NCBI GenBank assembly: GCA_964521425.1
Contig: CAZFRO010000005.1
Coordinates: 3,141-67,140, forward strand
DNA length: 64,000 nucleotides
Source: an uncultured bacterium
GTDB taxonomy: Bacteria > Joyebacterota > Joyebacteria > Joyebacterales > Joyebacteraceae
Direction of reading: 5' to 3'
Each line of letters begins with the position of its first letter. The stretch's first letter is position 1. The translations under genes were made by a program, and so were the position numbers. The notes under the pieces were generated by a model. That model was not told where the DNA came from and did no database searches. It saw only the letters and a program-made list of their open reading frames with translations. Shown here piece by piece: positions 35,524 through 45,512 of this stretch.

Positions 35524-37353
35524 ATGAGAGATTTCGCGCGCACTGCGATTCTGCTGCTTGTCATCTCGGCGGCAGCGGCCATTCTGTTCACAAGCGACAC
35601 CGCGAGCGCGACCACGATCTACGTCGATGTCGACGCGGCCGGCGCGGACGATGGTTCTTCCTGGGAAGATGCATTCACTGGCCTGCAGGACGGTTTCGAT
35701 GCGGCTGTCTCTGCCGGCGACGAGGTCTGGGTGGCAGCCGGAACCTACCATCCTAGCGTCGAGATCGGTGGCATCGGAGACCGCTTCATGTCGTTTCAGC
35801 TCAAGAACGGCATGGCCGTCTACGGCGGCTTCGCCGGAGTCGAGACGTTGCTTGAGGAGCGTGACTGGGAAGCGAACGTCACGATTCTCTCAGCGGACAT
35901 CGGCGTCCCGGATGACAAGGCCGACAACTGCTACCACGTTGTCTACAACCCTGAGGATTTCTACCTCGACGAGACCGCCGTGCTTGATGGTGTGACGCTT
36001 ACAAGAGGGAATGCCTCCGGCACGAGCGGGGATACTCGCCGTGGTGGTGGCATGTACAATGAGGACGCATCTCCTACGGTCGCCAACTGCGTGTTTCTGG
36101 ATAACGATGCGACCGGTAGCACCTCCTACTCCTACGGTGGGGGGATGTTCAACTACTACTCCTCTCCACAGATCACCAACTGCACCTTCACCAACAACAT
36201 CGCCGGCAAGGCAGGCGGCGCGATGGGCAACACCTTCGCCGCATCACCTACCGTGGTCGACTGCATCTTCGAGGGGAACTTCGGAGGACTCGAGTCGAGC
36301 GGCAACGGTGACGGGGGCGCCTTGTATAACGGCAACAGTTGCAGCCCGCTCTTTGTCCGGTGCGATTTCCTGAACAATGGGGCCAACTACAACGGCGGCG
36401 CCTCCTACAACTCAGGAGACACCTCCTTCCCCTACTTCGTCAGCTGCAGCTTCATCGGCAACTCGGTCCGCATGTATGGTGGCGCCATGTACAATACGAA
36501 CGAAACCACCACCATGATCCAGTGCACCGTTGTCGGCAATGAGGCCACTGCCGGGAACGCACACGGTGGGGCGATGTACAACTTCGCCTCCTCGCCCGTT
36601 CTCACCAACTGCGTCTTCTACGACAATGACTCAGGGTGTGTCGGAGAGGGGATCTACAACTATCAGTTCTCGCATCCGATCATCACGAACTGCATTCTCA
36701 TGGGAGAGGACATACTCTACAGTGCGGCTTCCTCCGTACCTGTTGTTACCTACTGCAATGTCGAGCAGCCAGGATTCGAAGATCCACTGGATCACAACAT
36801 CTCCGAGGATCCGCTGTTTGTGGATCCCGTGAACGGCGATTTCGAGCTGCAGGCCGGTTCACCATGCATCGATGCTGCGAACAACGAGGCTCTTCCGGCG
36901 GACGTCGGCGACCTGGATGACGACGGCGACGTCCTTGAGGAGATCCCCTTCGACTTCTTCGGCAACGACCGTCGGATCGATGACGGCGACACTCCCGACA
37001 CCGGCAATGGAACAGCGCCGATCGTCGACATGGGAGTTCACGAGTTCGGCGAGTCATGGGTATCCGTGCCCGACACCGACGGGTTCCGGCTGTCCAGCTT
37101 CCCGAACCCCTTCAATCCGCACACAACGATCATGTTCAGTCTGCCCCAACCCAGCGAGGTCAGTCTGAACATCTACGATTGTGGCGGAAGACTCGTGAAG
37201 ACGCTGCTGGATTCAAGGAGAACTGCGGGACCGCATGAGGTCGTCTGGACGTCTGAGGATCAGGACGGTGAGCGAGTTGCCTCGGGCGTGTACTTCTGCG
37301 TGCTCTGTTCTGATTGCGGAGATTCCGTGAAGAAGCTGGTCTTGCTCAAGTAG
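35524..37353 (+). CDS. Secreted right-handed parallel beta-helix repeat protein with T9SS C-terminal domain
   Basis: Signal peptide (MRDFARTAILLLVISAAAAILFTSDTASA). Many G/N-rich beta-helix turns (NNIAGKAGGAMGN, GNFGGLESSGNGDGGALYNGN, NGANYNGGASYNSG, GNSVRMYGGAMYN, GNAHGGAMYNF). C-terminal sorting domain (FPNPFNPHTTIMFSL...LNIYDCGGRLV...GVYFCVL...KKLVLLK). Start is taken at the ATG that has a signal peptide, not at the ORF-track 35491. Confidence 0.65.
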   Translation: MRDFARTAILLLVISAAAAILFTSDTASATTIYVDVDAAGADDGSSWEDAFTGLQDGFDAAVSAGDEVWVAAGTYHPSVEIGGIGDRFMSFQLKNGMAVYGGFAGVETLLEERDWEANVTILSADIGVPDDKADNCYHVVYNPEDFYLDETAVLDGVTLTRGNASGTSGDTRRGGGMYNEDASPTVANCVFLDNDATGSTSYSYGGGMFNYYSSPQITNCTFTNNIAGKAGGAMGNTFAASPTVVDCIFEGNFGGLESSGNGDGGALYNGNSCSPLFVRCDFLNNGANYNGGASYNSGDTSFPYFVSCSFIGNSVRMYGGAMYNTNETTTMIQCTVVGNEATAGNAHGGAMYNFASSPVLTNCVFYDNDSGCVGEGIYNYQFSHPIITNCILMGEDILYSAASSVPVVTYCNVEQPGFEDPLDHNISEDPLFVDPVNGDFELQAGSPCIDAANNEALPADVGDLDDDGDVLEEIPFDFFGNDRRIDDGDTPDTGNGTAPIVDMGVHEFGESWVSVPDTDGFRLSSFPNPFNPHTTIMFSLPQPSEVSLNIYDCGGRLVKTLLDSRRTAGPHEVVWTSEDQDGERVASGVYFCVLCSDCGDSVKKLVLLK

Positions 37354-37459
37354 ATCCACGGCTGTTCTTCAGAGCCGTTCTCTTGTCTTCCTTCCCGCCG
37401 CCGTTGGCTGCGCGGAGACGACAGAAGTAGACCCCGGAGGCTACGCTCTCTCCTTCATC

Positions 37460-38389
37460 CTATCTGGCGTTGATGACAGTGGATCTGAGATGAGATAACT
37501 CCAGGGGAGTCTCTGTCGCGTATTCGGTGCACTTGCTCGCGACATTCATGCTGACAGCGATGTCGGGATGGCGACGCGGTGTACGGATCGCTGGCGGACT
37601 GGCCGCAAGGCGTAGCAGATACACGCCGTCTCTGCCTCCCACGATCCGGAACCTGCCCGCGGGGGCCTCCTCCAGGAAGACAAGAACTGACTCACCGCGT
37701 GTCATGACGGGAACATCATTGCTGCGCCCTTGTACTGTGCTCCCCACCTCAACCTCGACGAGATTGGCGTCTACCGACCCCTTCCAAACATCGCTCACAC
37801 GCACGGTCACGAGATCCAACCAGTGCTCCAGCTCCTCGATGAACGCGACATCTCCGACGAGCACTAGATCGGCCCTCCTGGTGATCGCTACGAGTGTCCG
37901 GCTCGCCACGATCTCCTCCACAGATTCGTACATCTCCCTGGCATCCATACTCTCGTGATATCGCATGTAGGCCACGCTATCCATGAGCTCTGCATACTGG
38001 GAGTGACAGTCAAGACGCCCATCACCGTCTATCTTCAAGAACACGAACACCGTGTCGCCGACTGCGAGGGCCACGGGCAAACGCTCGCGGGAGCCAAGTG
38101 CTGGTTCCACCAAGTGACCGCCTATGCGAAACGTGAGGGCCCTCGCATCTGATGAACCCTTTGCGTACTCGTCCACGGCAAGCGTTGCGAGCGTGTAGAA
38201 CTGCCTCCGGTTCGACAACCACCCTGTGAGTGTGTCCACCTCAGCGATGGTCCCCAGCGCGATGACATCCGTCGCATAGACCCATGTCTCCAGCCAGTCC
38301 GACGAGCTGCCGCAGGCAGGCGCACAGCACCCGAAGACCAGGCATACCACGCCAACAACCAAGAGCAGATTCAGGTTTGGCTTCCCCAT
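37460..38389 (-). CDS. Secreted/lipoprotein of unknown function with internal duplication (paralog B of 19385-20323)
   Basis: Signal/lipobox (MGKPNLNLLLVVGVVCLVFGCC). Shares the motif series with paralog A: ALGTIAEV/YTLATLAV, ADLVLVGDVAF, GESVLVFL, FRIVGGRDG. Confidence 0.5.
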   Translation of the reverse strand: MGKPNLNLLLVVGVVCLVFGCCAPACGSSSDWLETWVYATDVIALGTIAEVDTLTGWLSNRRQFYTLATLAVDEYAKGSSDARALTFRIGGHLVEPALGSRERLPVALAVGDTVFVFLKIDGDGRLDCHSQYAELMDSVAYMRYHESMDAREMYESVEEIVASRTLVAITRRADLVLVGDVAFIEELEHWLDLVTVRVSDVWKGSVDANLVEVEVGSTVQGRSNDVPVMTRGESVLVFLEEAPAGRFRIVGGRDGVYLLRLAASPPAIRTPRRHPDIAVSMNVASKCTEYATETPLELSHLRSTVINAR

Positions 38390-38443
38390 GACTCTATCCT
38401 CTCATGACATGGAGCCTCCGGGAAACCCGGAACGGTTCCCCCA

Positions 38444-40252
38444 TCAACCCCCACCTGGCCCCCTTCGCAGGTACGCCACGCCCCATGTCCCAGGGCCCGC
38501 GTGTGTCCCTACGATTGCACCGATTTCAGAGACGGTCACTCCGTCAAAGCCGAACTGCTCGCGGAAGGAAGCGTCAAGACGCTCCACCATCTCCGGGCGC
38601 TCCGCCTGCACGATCCCGAGCATCCCGCCGGTGGCACCCTCGAGTTCCGGGGCCGCCAGCTCGACCAGTTTATCGATGACGCCTCTATCTCCGATCGCCT
38701 TCGCCGCCGCTGTTATCTCCCCTTCGTCGACCGTCAGGACCGGTTTCACGCGGGCGAGCTTGCCGACCAGGGCTTGTGCCCGGCCGATGCGCCCCCCCTT
38801 CACGAGACAGTCGAGCGTTCCCACTGTGAAGTAGATGCGCGCGCGTGCGGAGAGAGCCGAGGCAAGCACCTCGAGTTCCTCGAGGGACGCCCCGCCCCTG
38901 GCGGCCCGCGCCGTCTCTATGACAACAAGCCCGAGCGCCGCCGATACGGTCCTCGAATCGATGACCTTCACCTGAAGACCACTGGTCTGCTCTGATGCGG
39001 TCTTGGCCGACTGAACCGTCCCGCTCATCTTTGATGATATGTGAATGGAGAGGGCGGACTTCGTCTCCCAACTCAGTTCCTCATAGCGATCGAGGAAGTC
39101 CTGAGAAGTAGGCTGCGACGTCGTCGGCAGCTTCCCAACGGTGGCGAGCTTCGCGTAGAACTCCTCACGGGAGAGATCAACACCGTCCCTGTAGCTCCCG
39201 TCATCGAAGTGCACCATCAGCGGCACGACGACAATCCCCAGCTCCTCCGCGATCTCATCCGGAATGTCGGCCGTCGAATCTGTGACGATGCGGACCTGCC
39301 GCTCACCGCTGACGGTCTTCCGGATGAACTCCCGGTGCTGCTGGCGCATGTCATCGACTTTCCTGCTCTGCACGTCTCCGAACTTCTCCGCGGCTTCGAA
39401 TACCTTGTCTGGATTGTTCGTATGGATGTGCACGCGGACGAGCCCTTTGCCTCCGACCACTATGAGTGAACCGCCCATACCTACGAGCAGGATATGGAGA
39501 TCATCTCTGTCGACGTCGGGGCTCTCGACCAGGAACTCCGTGCAGTACTGGTACTTGAGGTCCTTCTCTTTCATCTTCGGTAGCGCCGCATGGCTCACGG
39601 TCGGCAGCGCATCGAGCGCGTCGCCCACGTCATCACCCCTGAACAGGCGGAGTATGCCTTCGAGGAAGTCGACGAAGCCCTCTCCACCCGCATCAACCAC
39701 GCCTGCTTCCTTGAGAACCGGCAGAAGATCAGGCGTCCTGGCCAGGCTCTCCGCTGCCGTCCGGTGCATCGCGGAGATGATGTTCAGGAAGTCCCCTTCG
39801 CCCTCCTCGACCACGCGCGCGGCTTCCTCGGTCGCCTCGCGCATCACAGTGAGGATGGTCCCCTCCGTCGGCTCGGCCATTGCTTCGTAGGCGCCGTTCA
39901 CCGATTTGGCAAGTGCGGCGGCGAAGGCCGGCGGGTAGAGACGATCAGTGTCTGTGAGTTCTCCGGCGAAGCCCCGCATGAACTGGGCGAAGATGACGCC
40001 GGCGTTTCCGCTTGCTCCCAACAACACAGCACGCGACAGCGCCTCGGCGATCTCACCGAGGGGACGGTTCTCAAGGGGGCGCATGGCGTCGGTGGCCGCC
40101 TTGAGCGTGAGTGTCAGATTTGTGCCGGTGTCGCCGTCAGGAACAGGAAAGACGTTAATCTCGTTCAGGTGGGCGCGCTCCGTCGCTACCCACTGGGCGC
40201 CGGCGATGAACGCATTCACAAACCGTGGGCCATCGATGTAGCGGATTGCCAC
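38444..40252 (-). CDS. DAK2-domain fusion protein (YloV / fatty-acid kinase FakA-like)
   Basis: N-terminal DhaL/Dak2 motifs (GPRFVNAFIAGAQW..., PDGDTGTNLTLT). C-terminal EDD/DegV-like domain (VRIVTDSTADIPDEIAEELGIVVVPL). Confidence 0.7.
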   Translation of the reverse strand: MAIRYIDGPRFVNAFIAGAQWVATERAHLNEINVFPVPDGDTGTNLTLTLKAATDAMRPLENRPLGEIAEALSRAVLLGASGNAGVIFAQFMRGFAGELTDTDRLYPPAFAAALAKSVNGAYEAMAEPTEGTILTVMREATEEAARVVEEGEGDFLNIISAMHRTAAESLARTPDLLPVLKEAGVVDAGGEGFVDFLEGILRLFRGDDVGDALDALPTVSHAALPKMKEKDLKYQYCTEFLVESPDVDRDDLHILLVGMGGSLIVVGGKGLVRVHIHTNNPDKVFEAAEKFGDVQSRKVDDMRQQHREFIRKTVSGERQVRIVTDSTADIPDEIAEELGIVVVPLMVHFDDGSYRDGVDLSREEFYAKLATVGKLPTTSQPTSQDFLDRYEELSWETKSALSIHISSKMSGTVQSAKTASEQTSGLQVKVIDSRTVSAALGLVVIETARAARGGASLEELEVLASALSARARIYFTVGTLDCLVKGGRIGRAQALVGKLARVKPVLTVDEGEITAAAKAIGDRGVIDKLVELAAPELEGATGGMLGIVQAERPEMVERLDASFREQFGFDGVTVSEIGAIVGTHAGPGTWGVAYLRRGPGGG

Positions 40253-40266
40253 TAGCTATCCTCCTA

Positions 40267-41910
40267 CTACATCCGTTCGGGCGCAGCGATGCCGAGCAGC
40301 CTGAGGCCGCTCTTGAGCACGGTCCGCGTAGCCTGAGACAGAAACAGGCGTGCGGCCGTCGTTACAGGATCGTCCGTGACGATGCGGTTGTTGTGATAGT
40401 AGGCGTGGAACCTGGCCGAGACATCCCTTAGGTACGTCGTCAGTCTGTGTGGCTCGCGCGCCTCGGCGGCACTCTCGATGAGCCGCGGGAAGTCGGCGAG
40501 CATGAGGACCAGCTGACAGGCGTCGCCCTTCCCCACGTCGGATAGATCGATGTCATCCGACGACTGGACCGCCTGCCCCCTGTCTTCAGCGAAGCGGATG
40601 AGACTCGACACTCGCGCGTGCGCATACTGCACGTAAAAGACGGGGTTCTCATCGGTCTCCTGTCTCGCCAGATCCAGATCAAAGTCAAGATGCGACGCCT
40701 GCTTCCGCATGAGGAAGAAGAACTTCGCCACATCCACTCCGACATCTGCGACGAGTTCGCTGAGCGTGACCAGCCGCCCGGCCCGCTTGGACATCTTGAC
40801 CTGCTTGCCGCCCTCGATGAAGTTCACCTGCTGGATTATCTGAACCTCAAGACGCTCCCTGGGATGCCCGAGAATCTCGAGAGTCGCGTACATCTCTGCG
40901 ATGTGCGCGTGATGGTCCGGTCCCCAGAGATCGATGACGGGGTCGAACCCGCGTGCGAACTTGTCGAGGTGATAAGCAGCGTCGGGAAGGAGATACGTGG
41001 GAAGCCCGTCGCTCTTCACGATGACCTTGTCATCGTTCGTGCCGTGCGGCGTGGTCTTAAGCCAGACGGCGCCTTCCTTCTCGTACGTCTCCCCCGATGA
41101 CTTGAGTTTGTCGAGCACGTTCTCAACTGCCCCAATGTCCCTGAGTTCGCTCTCGTAGAACCAGCGGTCGTACTCGACCCCGAAGTTCTCGAGATCATTC
41201 CTCTGTTCCAGGACGATCGCATCGATCGCGGCATTCCTCAAGTACTCGAGCCGCTCGGCCTCGGCCATCTCCCTCAGCCTCGGATCCTGAGCAAGGAGCC
41301 TCTCGGCGATCTCCTTCAGGTACTCGCCGTGGTACCCGCCCTCAGGGATCTCCCACTTCTCGCCGAGGATCTCCTTCACGCGGGCATCGACGGAGAGCGC
41401 CAGCTTCTCGACCTGGCGGCCTGCGTCGTTCACGTAGTACTCGCGCTGGACTTCCACCCCGGTCGCGCTCAGAAGCCGCCCCATCGCATCTCCGACCGCG
41501 GCTGCACGCGCGCTCACGATGTTCAGGGGGCCTGTGGGATTGGCGCTCACGAACTCGATCTGGATCTTCCGACCCTTCCCGCCGTCGGAGGAACCGTAGT
41601 CCTCACCCTGGGACACGACCTGTCTCAGGATGTCCTCGTACCACGGCGCGGCGAATCGGAAGTTGATGAATCCCGGCCCCGCGATCTCGACGCTCTCGAC
41701 GAACGATTGATCCAACTCAAGCGCATCGATAAGCTCTTGGGCTATCTCTCGAGGGTTCCTCTTCGCCTTCTTCGCAAGAATCAGGGCGAGATTGGTCGAT
41801 GCGTCACCGTGCGACGGATCACGCGGTGGCGACACCTCGATGCCGTCGCATTCGAGGCCAAGCCGGCTGGCGGCGGCTGTGAGTATCTTGATCAGGTCCT
41901 TCTGATACAC
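40267..41910 (-). CDS. argS: Arginine--tRNA ligase
   Basis: Full-length ArgS: N-terminal Arg-tRNA-binding region, HIGH-like PSHGDASTN region, anticodon-binding C-terminus ...QYAHARVSSL...ERM. Confidence 0.9.
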   Translation of the reverse strand: MYQKDLIKILTAAASRLGLECDGIEVSPPRDPSHGDASTNLALILAKKAKRNPREIAQELIDALELDQSFVESVEIAGPGFINFRFAAPWYEDILRQVVSQGEDYGSSDGGKGRKIQIEFVSANPTGPLNIVSARAAAVGDAMGRLLSATGVEVQREYYVNDAGRQVEKLALSVDARVKEILGEKWEIPEGGYHGEYLKEIAERLLAQDPRLREMAEAERLEYLRNAAIDAIVLEQRNDLENFGVEYDRWFYESELRDIGAVENVLDKLKSSGETYEKEGAVWLKTTPHGTNDDKVIVKSDGLPTYLLPDAAYHLDKFARGFDPVIDLWGPDHHAHIAEMYATLEILGHPRERLEVQIIQQVNFIEGGKQVKMSKRAGRLVTLSELVADVGVDVAKFFFLMRKQASHLDFDLDLARQETDENPVFYVQYAHARVSSLIRFAEDRGQAVQSSDDIDLSDVGKGDACQLVLMLADFPRLIESAAEAREPHRLTTYLRDVSARFHAYYHNNRIVTDDPVTTAARLFLSQATRTVLKSGLRLLGIAAPERM

Positions 41911-41937
41911 ATCTACGCTCCATGCTGGTTCTGCTGC

Positions 41938-42729
41938 TTAGTCGGAATCCGCGTCGGAGTCCTCCCCGAGTCCGCGGAGGTCGAATCCGCATTGCTCGAG
42001 CTGCTCGAGCAGAACGTCGGGCGACGGGAACCACTGCCCCCACTTCCTGCCCATGTGTTCGGTCCAGCTGTAGTCATCGTAAGTAAAGGTCTCCGCCCTC
42101 TCCCCCTCGAGCTTCACCATGGCCTTCGCCTTCCTGTAGTAATCCTGGGCGAGATAGCCTTCGTCCATGACGCGCGCGGCATCCTCGATGTCGGCATCGC
42201 TGAAATCGGGATACTTGCCCTCGAAGAGGTGGAAGTCCATCGGGTACCGCGGGCGCGGCGGTGGGTTCTCCGCGGGATAGCCCATTGTGAGTTCGACAAG
42301 CGGAAAGACCCGCCGCGGAAGATCGAAGCGTTCGATCACCTCGTCCGCCCGAAACGGCGTCCCACCAAGGAAACAGCTGCCCATCCCCAGACTCTCGGCA
42401 GCTATCACCATGTTCTCTGCCATGAGCACGGCGTCCTGAAACCCGAAGAGGAGCAGTGTGAGATCGGTTGTCACCATCGGCCAAGCTCGCCCGGCCATGA
42501 TCGTCTCGAGACGATGCGCATCAACACAGATCGTGAACAGAAGCGGTGCGGCGAACGGGACGCCCTTGGGCCCGCGGCTCAGAAGCACGCTCCCGAGCTG
42601 CGCGGCGAACGGCGCCTGCTGGCCGACGCGCACGACCGTCTCGATCACTTCGTCCGAAGGCATGCGGTCTTCGTATCGCCTGAGCGACTTCCTCGCTAGC
42701 ATGGCGTCTATGACTTCGTTTCTGATCAT
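41938..42729 (-). CDS. Nitroreductase-family protein with C-terminal extension
   Basis: MIRNEVIDAMLARKSLRRYEDRMPS... is a typical nitroreductase N-terminus. Start placed at the internal ATG to avoid overlap with the upstream paralog. Confidence 0.65.
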   Translation of the reverse strand: MIRNEVIDAMLARKSLRRYEDRMPSDEVIETVVRVGQQAPFAAQLGSVLLSRGPKGVPFAAPLLFTICVDAHRLETIMAGRAWPMVTTDLTLLLFGFQDAVLMAENMVIAAESLGMGSCFLGGTPFRADEVIERFDLPRRVFPLVELTMGYPAENPPPRPRYPMDFHLFEGKYPDFSDADIEDAARVMDEGYLAQDYYRKAKAMVKLEGERAETFTYDDYSWTEHMGRKWGQWFPSPDVLLEQLEQCGFDLRGLGEDSDADSD

Positions 42730-42820
42730 GAGGCTCCTCCTCCCATGGAGTCCTGCCTCCCGCTGAACCTGCAAACGGTGGCGACCACGCATAAGCACAG
42801 TTGCTGCCAACGCTCGGGTG

Positions 42821-43318
42821 TTACCAGCGCTCGTTGTGCACACGCTCTTCGTCGTACTGGGTACGTGCTTCCTTGTGTTCGTCCGAGTGTCCGATCGCCA
42901 GGACGGAGACCGGAACGACCCCTTCGGAAATCGCCAGGAGGCTCTTCACGGCATCGACGCGATCGTCGTTCGGATGACATCCCAGCCAGACACTGCCGAG
43001 GCCAATCATCGTCGCCGCGATCAGGATGTTCTCGGTTGCGGCGAACGAATCCTGGTCCCAGTACTTCCGGGACTCCGATGGCACACCGCACACGATGATC
43101 GCAAGCGGCGCCTCATGGAGCATCTTCCAGTAGGGCGCGCTGTCGGCGAGCGCATCAAGCGTGGCGCGCTCGGTCACGACAACGAAGTGCCACGGCTTGA
43201 TGTTCTTCCCTGACGGCGCAGCCATCGCGGCGTCAAGGAGCATCCGAACCTGGTCTTCGCCGACCGGCTCGTCCGTGTATCTCCTGATGCTTCTTCTGGC
43301 CAGAATCGGTTCGATCAT
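42821..43318 (-). CDS. Nitroreductase-family protein
   Basis: ILARRSIRRYTDEPV...APSGKNIKPWHFVVV...NILIAATMIGLGSVWLG is the canonical FMN nitroreductase fold signature. Confidence 0.7.
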   Translation of the reverse strand: MIEPILARRSIRRYTDEPVGEDQVRMLLDAAMAAPSGKNIKPWHFVVVTERATLDALADSAPYWKMLHEAPLAIIVCGVPSESRKYWDQDSFAATENILIAATMIGLGSVWLGCHPNDDRVDAVKSLLAISEGVVPVSVLAIGHSDEHKEARTQYDEERVHNERW

Positions 43319-43354
43319 GCCATCGGTCCCCTACTCGGCGGATGCATGCGCTAG

Positions 43355-43713
43355 TTAGGCTTCGCGCGTCAACAGGCCGGACATCTCAAGCAAGAGCTGC
43401 GACCAATCTCCAGCCTCGCGCGCCATTTCGGTCCTCGTGTCCTCGTCAGCCCAGACCTGTTCCCAGTTGCGATGCCAAAGCGATAGCCGGCGCTGCAGTT
43501 CCGCAAGGTCTCCCAGCTTGGCAGGATCAACATCGGCGGCCGTCCACTCTATGAAGAGCGCGCTCTCACGCACTAGTCGTGACACAACCTCCTCGTGGTC
43601 CGGTCGATCAGCATACGAGCGAATGCGCAGGAGATTCGCTGCGAGGCCCCCGAGGCGAACTGGAACTTCGTCGCGGAGGTACCGTGTCCGTATGGTCGTC
43701 CAGGAACTCATCG
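43355..43713 (-). CDS. Hypothetical small protein (~119 aa)
   Basis: Its start ATG overlaps the stop of the upstream small ORF (ATGA). Contains an R-x4-H (RLSLWH) motif. No confident family assignment. Confidence 0.4.
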
Positions 43714-44043
43714 CTCCCCCAGCAGGTTCGTCGTGATCTGCGTGATCTGCATCCGAAGAGCCTTGTCCTCGATATCCATCGAGAAGTTCCCTTGACCCGG
43801 ACGAAGGTTGATCAGTGACTCGTATGTCACTTCCTGGGTAACGGGAATCCAATCAGCTCCCCAGACATTCTCTTGGGAACTGCCAGCGTCCAACAAGGCA
43901 GCCTCGCAGTCGGCGTGAAGGGCTCCCCCACCTGCCAAGACGCCTAGGCGGATGTCAACGGCGAGCTTGATGTAGTTTTCAAGTTGCTCGAGCATCTCTG
44001 CGATCTGTGCCGGCGACGCCTTCTCTCGGATGATGTGGATCAA
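43708..44043 (-). CDS. Hypothetical small protein (111 aa)
   Basis: ORF translationally coupled to the downstream small gene. No recognisable family. Confidence 0.4.
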   Translation of the reverse strand: MIHIIREKASPAQIAEMLEQLENYIKLAVDIRLGVLAGGGALHADCEAALLDAGSSQENVWGADWIPVTQEVTYESLINLRPGQGNFSMDIEDKALRMQITQITTNLLGER

Positions 44044-44137
44044 CGCCCCTCCCTGGAAGATACGCCATCTATGAACTCAACCTCACCCCCACATCATACC
44101 ATGCGTCGCTCCCCAAGAGCGCACGTGTGCCTAACCC

Positions 44138-44530
44138 CTACTCGGCGTCGGACGGCGCGGTGTCCTCGTAGGTCTCGACCGGCGCATCGCCCCACAGGTC
44201 CTCGAGCCGGTAGTAGTCGCGACGCTCCCTGTCGAAGACGTGGATCACGATATCAACGTAATCGAGAAGGATCCACTGCTTCGCTTCCCCGCCCTCCGTG
44301 TGCCAGACACGGTCGCCGTCGTCCCTCAAACCCCTGGTAATGGCCTCCGCGATGGCGCCGACCTGAACGCTGCTCTTCCCATGACAGATCAGGAAGTAGT
44401 CGCAGCTCGTGGTCAGCCCTCTCAGGTCGAGGGCGATCACGCCTTCGGCCTTCCTCGAGAGGGCCAGGTCGGCCGCTCGGCTCAGCATATCCTTCAGCTG
44501 CTCATCTGTTGTCGTCTTCTTCTTCGGCAA
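44138..44530 (-). CDS. rsfS: Ribosome silencing factor RsfS (Iojap family)
   Basis: GVIALDLRGLTTSCDYFLICHGKSSVQVGAIAE...WILLDYVDIVIHVFDRERRDYYRLEDLWGDAP is the conserved RsfS core. Confidence 0.85.
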   Translation of the reverse strand: MPKKKTTTDEQLKDMLSRAADLALSRKAEGVIALDLRGLTTSCDYFLICHGKSSVQVGAIAEAITRGLRDDGDRVWHTEGGEAKQWILLDYVDIVIHVFDRERRDYYRLEDLWGDAPVETYEDTAPSDAE

Positions 44531-44533
44531 GAG

Positions 44534-45022
44534 CTACTCCCCTATCCCCGTATCGTGAATCGACCTGTTGCGCTCATCCACTTCGTCGGGTGACAGAATG
44601 CGCACAACCGTAGCTTCGTGTGTCTCAGTCTTTCTCACTCTGGAATCATACAGCGCGACTCCGACAAACGACACAACCAGGAAGACCACCGCCAACACAA
44701 TCGGCAGCACCGCCTCCTCGGCTCCCCCCGTGATCCAGTTCCCAACCACGAACCCCAGAATCGTCAGGAAAACGGGTACCATGTAGATAATGAACGCGGC
44801 CGACACGACCTTGCCGCTGCTGATCTCAATCTCAACGGTGTCGCCCTGAACGGATCCGAGCCCGTTTCTGGCAAGCAGAAGAACGTCTTGTCCGTCCTCT
44901 CCGACGATGCAGATTCCGCAGTTCTTGCACCCACCGGACATCGGCATACTGACAACTGCTGCCTCATCCTCGACGGATACTACAATGCCTGTCTCAATCA
45001 CGTACGAATCCTCCTCTATCAA
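44534..45022 (-). CDS. rseC: RseC/MucC-family protein (SoxR-reducing system / Rnf-associated)
   Basis: N-terminal Cys cluster (GGCKNCGICIV) followed by two TM helices. Size and topology fit the RseC family. Sits in the Rnf-associated gene string. Confidence 0.6.
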   Translation of the reverse strand: MIEEDSYVIETGIVVSVEDEAAVVSMPMSGGCKNCGICIVGEDGQDVLLLARNGLGSVQGDTVEIEISSGKVVSAAFIIYMVPVFLTILGFVVGNWITGGAEEAVLPIVLAVVFLVVSFVGVALYDSRVRKTETHEATVVRILSPDEVDERNRSIHDTGIGE

Positions 45023-45512
45023 TCCTCCTGAGCGCGAAGAGCGCGACGAGCCCCGTGCCGAGACCGGCGACAGCAGCCATGAGTATGGCGGCCGGTGCGA
45101 ACCGCGCGGCAGGCCCGGGCCCAGTGAAGAGGATCGCGACGACGCTCAGCTGGGCCAGATTGTGGAAGAGCGCGCCCACGAGACTCACACCGACGACTCC
45201 GAGCGGTGGGGCCAGAAGTCTGAAGGTGACCCACATCGCGAGCGTCGCAGCGACACCACCCGAGAGCGCCATGGCAAACGACGGACCCAGAAACGTCCCG
45301 ACCAGGAGAGATGACACGCAAACCCTCAGAACGGTCAGGACCATAGCGTCGCCTACACCCATGGCAATGATAGCATAGACGGTGACGATGTTCGCTAGTC
45401 CCAGCCTCACAAACGGCAGCGGCAGCGGCAGCGTGCTCTCCAGCACATGGAGCACCAGGGAGGCCGCCAGCAGCATCCCGAGCCTGGCCACTCTGTTCGC
45501 AGGGCTCCTCAT
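44994..45512 (-). CDS. Gx-transporter family membrane protein (heptaprenyl diphosphate synthase component I-like, PF07456)
   Basis: Small polytopic membrane protein (LANIVTVYAIIAMG...LLVGTFLGPSFAMALSGG...). Immediately downstream of a NusG-domain-II protein, which is the usual pairing. Confidence 0.55.
   Translation of the reverse strand: MRSPANRVARLGMLLAASLVLHVLESTLPLPLPFVRLGLANIVTVYAIIAMGVGDAMVLTVLRVCVSSLLVGTFLGPSFAMALSGGVAATLAMWVTFRLLAPPLGVVGVSLVGALFHNLAQLSVVAILFTGPGPAARFAPAAILMAAVAGLGTGLVALFALRRIDRGGFVRD

Noticed and set aside
37358-37392. Hairpin ACGGCT-N9-AGCCGT followed by a pyrimidine-rich run after the beta-helix cargo gene
   Set aside because: The 6-bp stem with a 9-nt loop is marginal for an intrinsic terminator. 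Not annotated.
41329-42699. 456-aa plus-strand ORF
   Set aside because: It overlaps argS and the nitroreductase gene on the opposite strand, both with strong homology signals. Shadow ORF.
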